From: Candidatus Rokuibacteriota bacterium
GTDB taxonomy: Bacteria > Methylomirabilota > Methylomirabilia > Rokubacteriales > CSP1-6
Direction of reading: 5' to 3'
Assembly: GCA_016184305.1 (NCBI GenBank)
Contig: JACPCX010000131.1
Location: 1-16,406, forward strand
Length of the DNA stretch: 16,406 bases
Below are positions 14,553 through 16,406 of this stretch, piece by piece. Every line of letters starts with the position of its first letter. Position 1 is the first letter of the stretch. Below the pieces are notes generated by a model. That model saw nothing but the letters and a program-made list of their open reading frames with translations. It made no database searches and was not told the DNA's origin. The translations under genes and the position numbers were made by a program.

Positions 14553-16346
14553 ATGGCCGACGAACCGAAGCTGGAAGAGCTCGACAAGCTGATCGCGATG
14601 GGGAAGCAGAAGGGCTTCCTCACCTACGATGAGGTCAACGACGCGCTGCCGTCGGACATCGTCTCCCTCGACCAGCTCGACGACATCATGATGATGTTCG
14701 GCGCCATGGACATCGAGGTGGTGGACTCCGCCAAGAGCAACCGGCTCCCATCGGAGGTCGAGCCCCAGCAGGAGCGCGACGAGGAGGAAGAGCCTGCCGA
14801 CGCGCCCATCGATCTCACCCCCGGCCCGGTCGGGCGCACCGAGGATCCGGTCCGCCTCTACCTGCGCGAGATGGGCCGGGTCTCCCTCCTCACCCGGGAG
14901 GGCGAGATCACCCTCGCGAAGCGGATCGAGGAAGGCAAGGACGAGGTGACGCGGGCGATCCTCGCGACCAACCTCGCCCTCGAGAAGATCCACGGGCTCC
15001 GGGACGAGCTGCGCCGGGAGATCGTCCCCATCAAGGACGTGGTGGACTACCCCGAGGAGGAGTCGACCGAGGAGAAGGAGGAGGAGCTCCGCCGCTCGGT
15101 GATCCGCGAGCTCGGCCACGTGGATCGGCTGCTCCGGGAGCGCGAGAAGCTCATGCACCAGGCCCGGCGCCTCCGGGCGCGCGCCAGCGGCCGCCGGAAG
15201 CGCAAGGGCGAGCCCGCCTGGAAGAAAGTCGAGACGCAGGCCCAGGCCAAGCAGGCGAAGGTGCTCGCCACGCTCCGGAGCCTCACGCTGCAACCCTCCC
15301 TGCTGGACGCGTGGGGGCAGGACCTCAAGCGGCTCGTCGAGAAGATCCAGCGCGCCGAGCGCGAGATCGCGCTGTGGTCCGACGGCAAGCGCCCGGCGCC
15401 GGCGGCGGTGGACGCCTTCCTCGCCTCTCTCGGGGACGACGATCGCGACGACGGCGACCGCGACCTCTACCAGAAGGCGGCCAGCAAGTACCCGGGCATC
15501 AAGGACCGGCTCGTCTGGGTCGCCCAGCAAAAGATCAAGCGCTCGGAGGAGGGGGCCTCGGCCCGGGCCGAGGATCTCAAGCGCATCGTGGGCTTCATCA
15601 AGCAGGGTGAGGCCAAGGCCGCGCGGGCCAAGAAGGAGATGGTGGAGGCCAACCTCCGCCTGGTCATCTCCATCGCCAAGAAGTACACGAACCGGGGGCT
15701 CCAGTTCCTCGACCTCATCCAGGAAGGCAATATCGGCCTCATGAAGGCGGTGGACAAGTTCGAGTACCGCCGCGGCTACAAGTTCTCCACCTACGCCACG
15801 TGGTGGATCCGGCAGGCCATCACCCGCGCCATCGCCGATCAGGCCCGCACCATCCGCATCCCGGTCCACATGATCGAGACCATCAACAAGCTCATCCGCA
15901 CCTCCCGGCAGCTCGTGCAGGAGCTCGGCAGAGAACCGACGCCCGAAGAAATCGCGGTGAAGATGGAGGTGCCGGTCGACAAGGTGCGGAAGGTGCTCAA
16001 GATCGCCCAGGAGCCCATCTCCCTCGAGACGCCCATCGGCGAGGAGGAGGACAGCCACCTGGGGGATTTCATCGAGGACAAGCAGGTGGGCTCGCCCGTG
16101 GAGTCCATGATCGGGCTCTCGCTCCGGGAGCAGACCAACAAGGTGCTCAACACGCTCACCCCGCGGGAGGAAAAGGTGCTGCGCCTGCGGTTCGGCCTGT
16201 CCGACGGGTGCGAGCACACGCTCGAGGAGGTCGGCCAGGACTTCGCCGTGACCCGCGAGCGCATCCGGCAGATCGAGGCCAAGGCCCTCCGCAAGCTCCG
16301 CCACCCGTCGCGCTCCAAGAAGCTCCGGAGCTTCCTGGAGTCCTGA
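14553..16346 (+). CDS. rpoD: RNA polymerase primary sigma factor sigma70, 597 aa
   Basis: Region 1.1 '[14 protein letters not shown]'; 1.2 '[11 protein letters not shown]'; region 2 '[55 protein letters not shown]'; region 4 '[17 protein letters not shown]'; SD AGGAG upstream of ATG 14553. Confidence 0.98.
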   Translation: MADEPKLEELDKLIAMGKQKGFLTYDEVNDALPSDIVSLDQLDDIMMMFGAMDIEVVDSAKSNRLPSEVEPQQERDEEEEPADAPIDLTPGPVGRTEDPVRLYLREMGRVSLLTREGEITLAKRIEEGKDEVTRAILATNLALEKIHGLRDELRREIVPIKDVVDYPEEESTEEKEEELRRSVIRELGHVDRLLREREKLMHQARRLRARASGRRKRKGEPAWKKVETQAQAKQAKVLATLRSLTLQPSLLDAWGQDLKRLVEKIQRAEREIALWSDGKRPAPAAVDAFLASLGDDDRDDGDRDLYQKAASKYPGIKDRLVWVAQQKIKRSEEGASARAEDLKRIVGFIKQGEAKAARAKKEMVEANLRLVISIAKKYTNRGLQFLDLIQEGNIGLMKAVDKFEYRRGYKFSTYATWWIRQAITRAIADQARTIRIPVHMIETINKLIRTSRQLVQELGREPTPEEIAVKMEVPVDKVRKVLKIAQEPISLETPIGEEEDSHLGDFIEDKQVGSPVESMIGLSLREQTNKVLNTLTPREEKVLRLRFGLSDGCEHTLEEVGQDFAVTRERIRQIEAKALRKLRHPSRSKKLRSFLES

Positions 16347-16352
16347 TATGAT
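16344..16352 (+). promoter_or_regulatory. Extended -10 element (TGnTATGAT) for the downstream tRNA
   Basis: TG-A-TATGAT, followed by a GC-rich 7-nt discriminator CACGCGC and then the tRNA G1 at 16360. No recognisable -35. Confidence 0.55.
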
Positions 16353-16359
16353 CACGCGC

Positions 16360-16406
16360 GGGCCCATAGCTCAATTGGCAGAGCCCCCGGCTCATAACCG
16401 GTACGG
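16360..16406 (+). tRNA. tRNA with CAT anticodon, most likely tRNA-Ile2 (lysidine); 3' half beyond the window
   Basis: GGGCCCA-TA-GCTC-AATTGGCA-GAGC D-arm; anticodon loop CT-CAT-AA (16393-16395) in a CCGG/CCGG stem. G1 and the lack of three consecutive G-C anticodon-stem pairs argue against fMet. C4/C5, the CTCATAA loop and the position after rpoD favour Ile2 over elongator Met. Confidence 0.85.

Noticed and set aside
16360..16406. Initiator tRNA-fMet
   Set aside because: It begins with G1 rather than C1 and lacks the GGG/CCC run at the base of the anticodon stem.

Overview
GC-rich bacterial core-chromosome segment with no phage, IS, CRISPR or defence genes. A Rokubacteria/Methylomirabilota- or Deltaproteobacteria-like origin is an inference from gene order and composition only. 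Minus strand (1-3547): rlmD, two peptide/nickel ABC permeases (DppB/DppC-like) and the 5' end of a family-5 substrate-binding protein. After an AT-richer divergent promoter region (3548-3662), a tightly packed plus-strand run follows: dciA(DUF721) - TPR lipoprotein - LolA/LolB-fold lipoprotein - ispE - tRNA-Gln(TTG) - prs - rplY - pth - rpsU - mutS2 - dnaG - rpoD - tRNA(CAT, probably Ile2; cut by the window end). This joins the ispE-prs-rplY-pth cluster directly to the rpsU-dnaG-rpoD operon, with mutS2 inside it. I see no clear-cut new biological system. The best leads are: a mutS2 whose conserved N-terminus has no nearby canonical start codon (in-frame ATA overlapping the rpsU stop) and whose Smr motif is degenerate, next to pth/rplY/rpsU; a lipid-anchored LolA-like protein in the lolB slot; and sigma70 promoters that imply leaderless transcripts (rlmD, ispE, the tRNA), two of them built from the upstream gene's stop codon.
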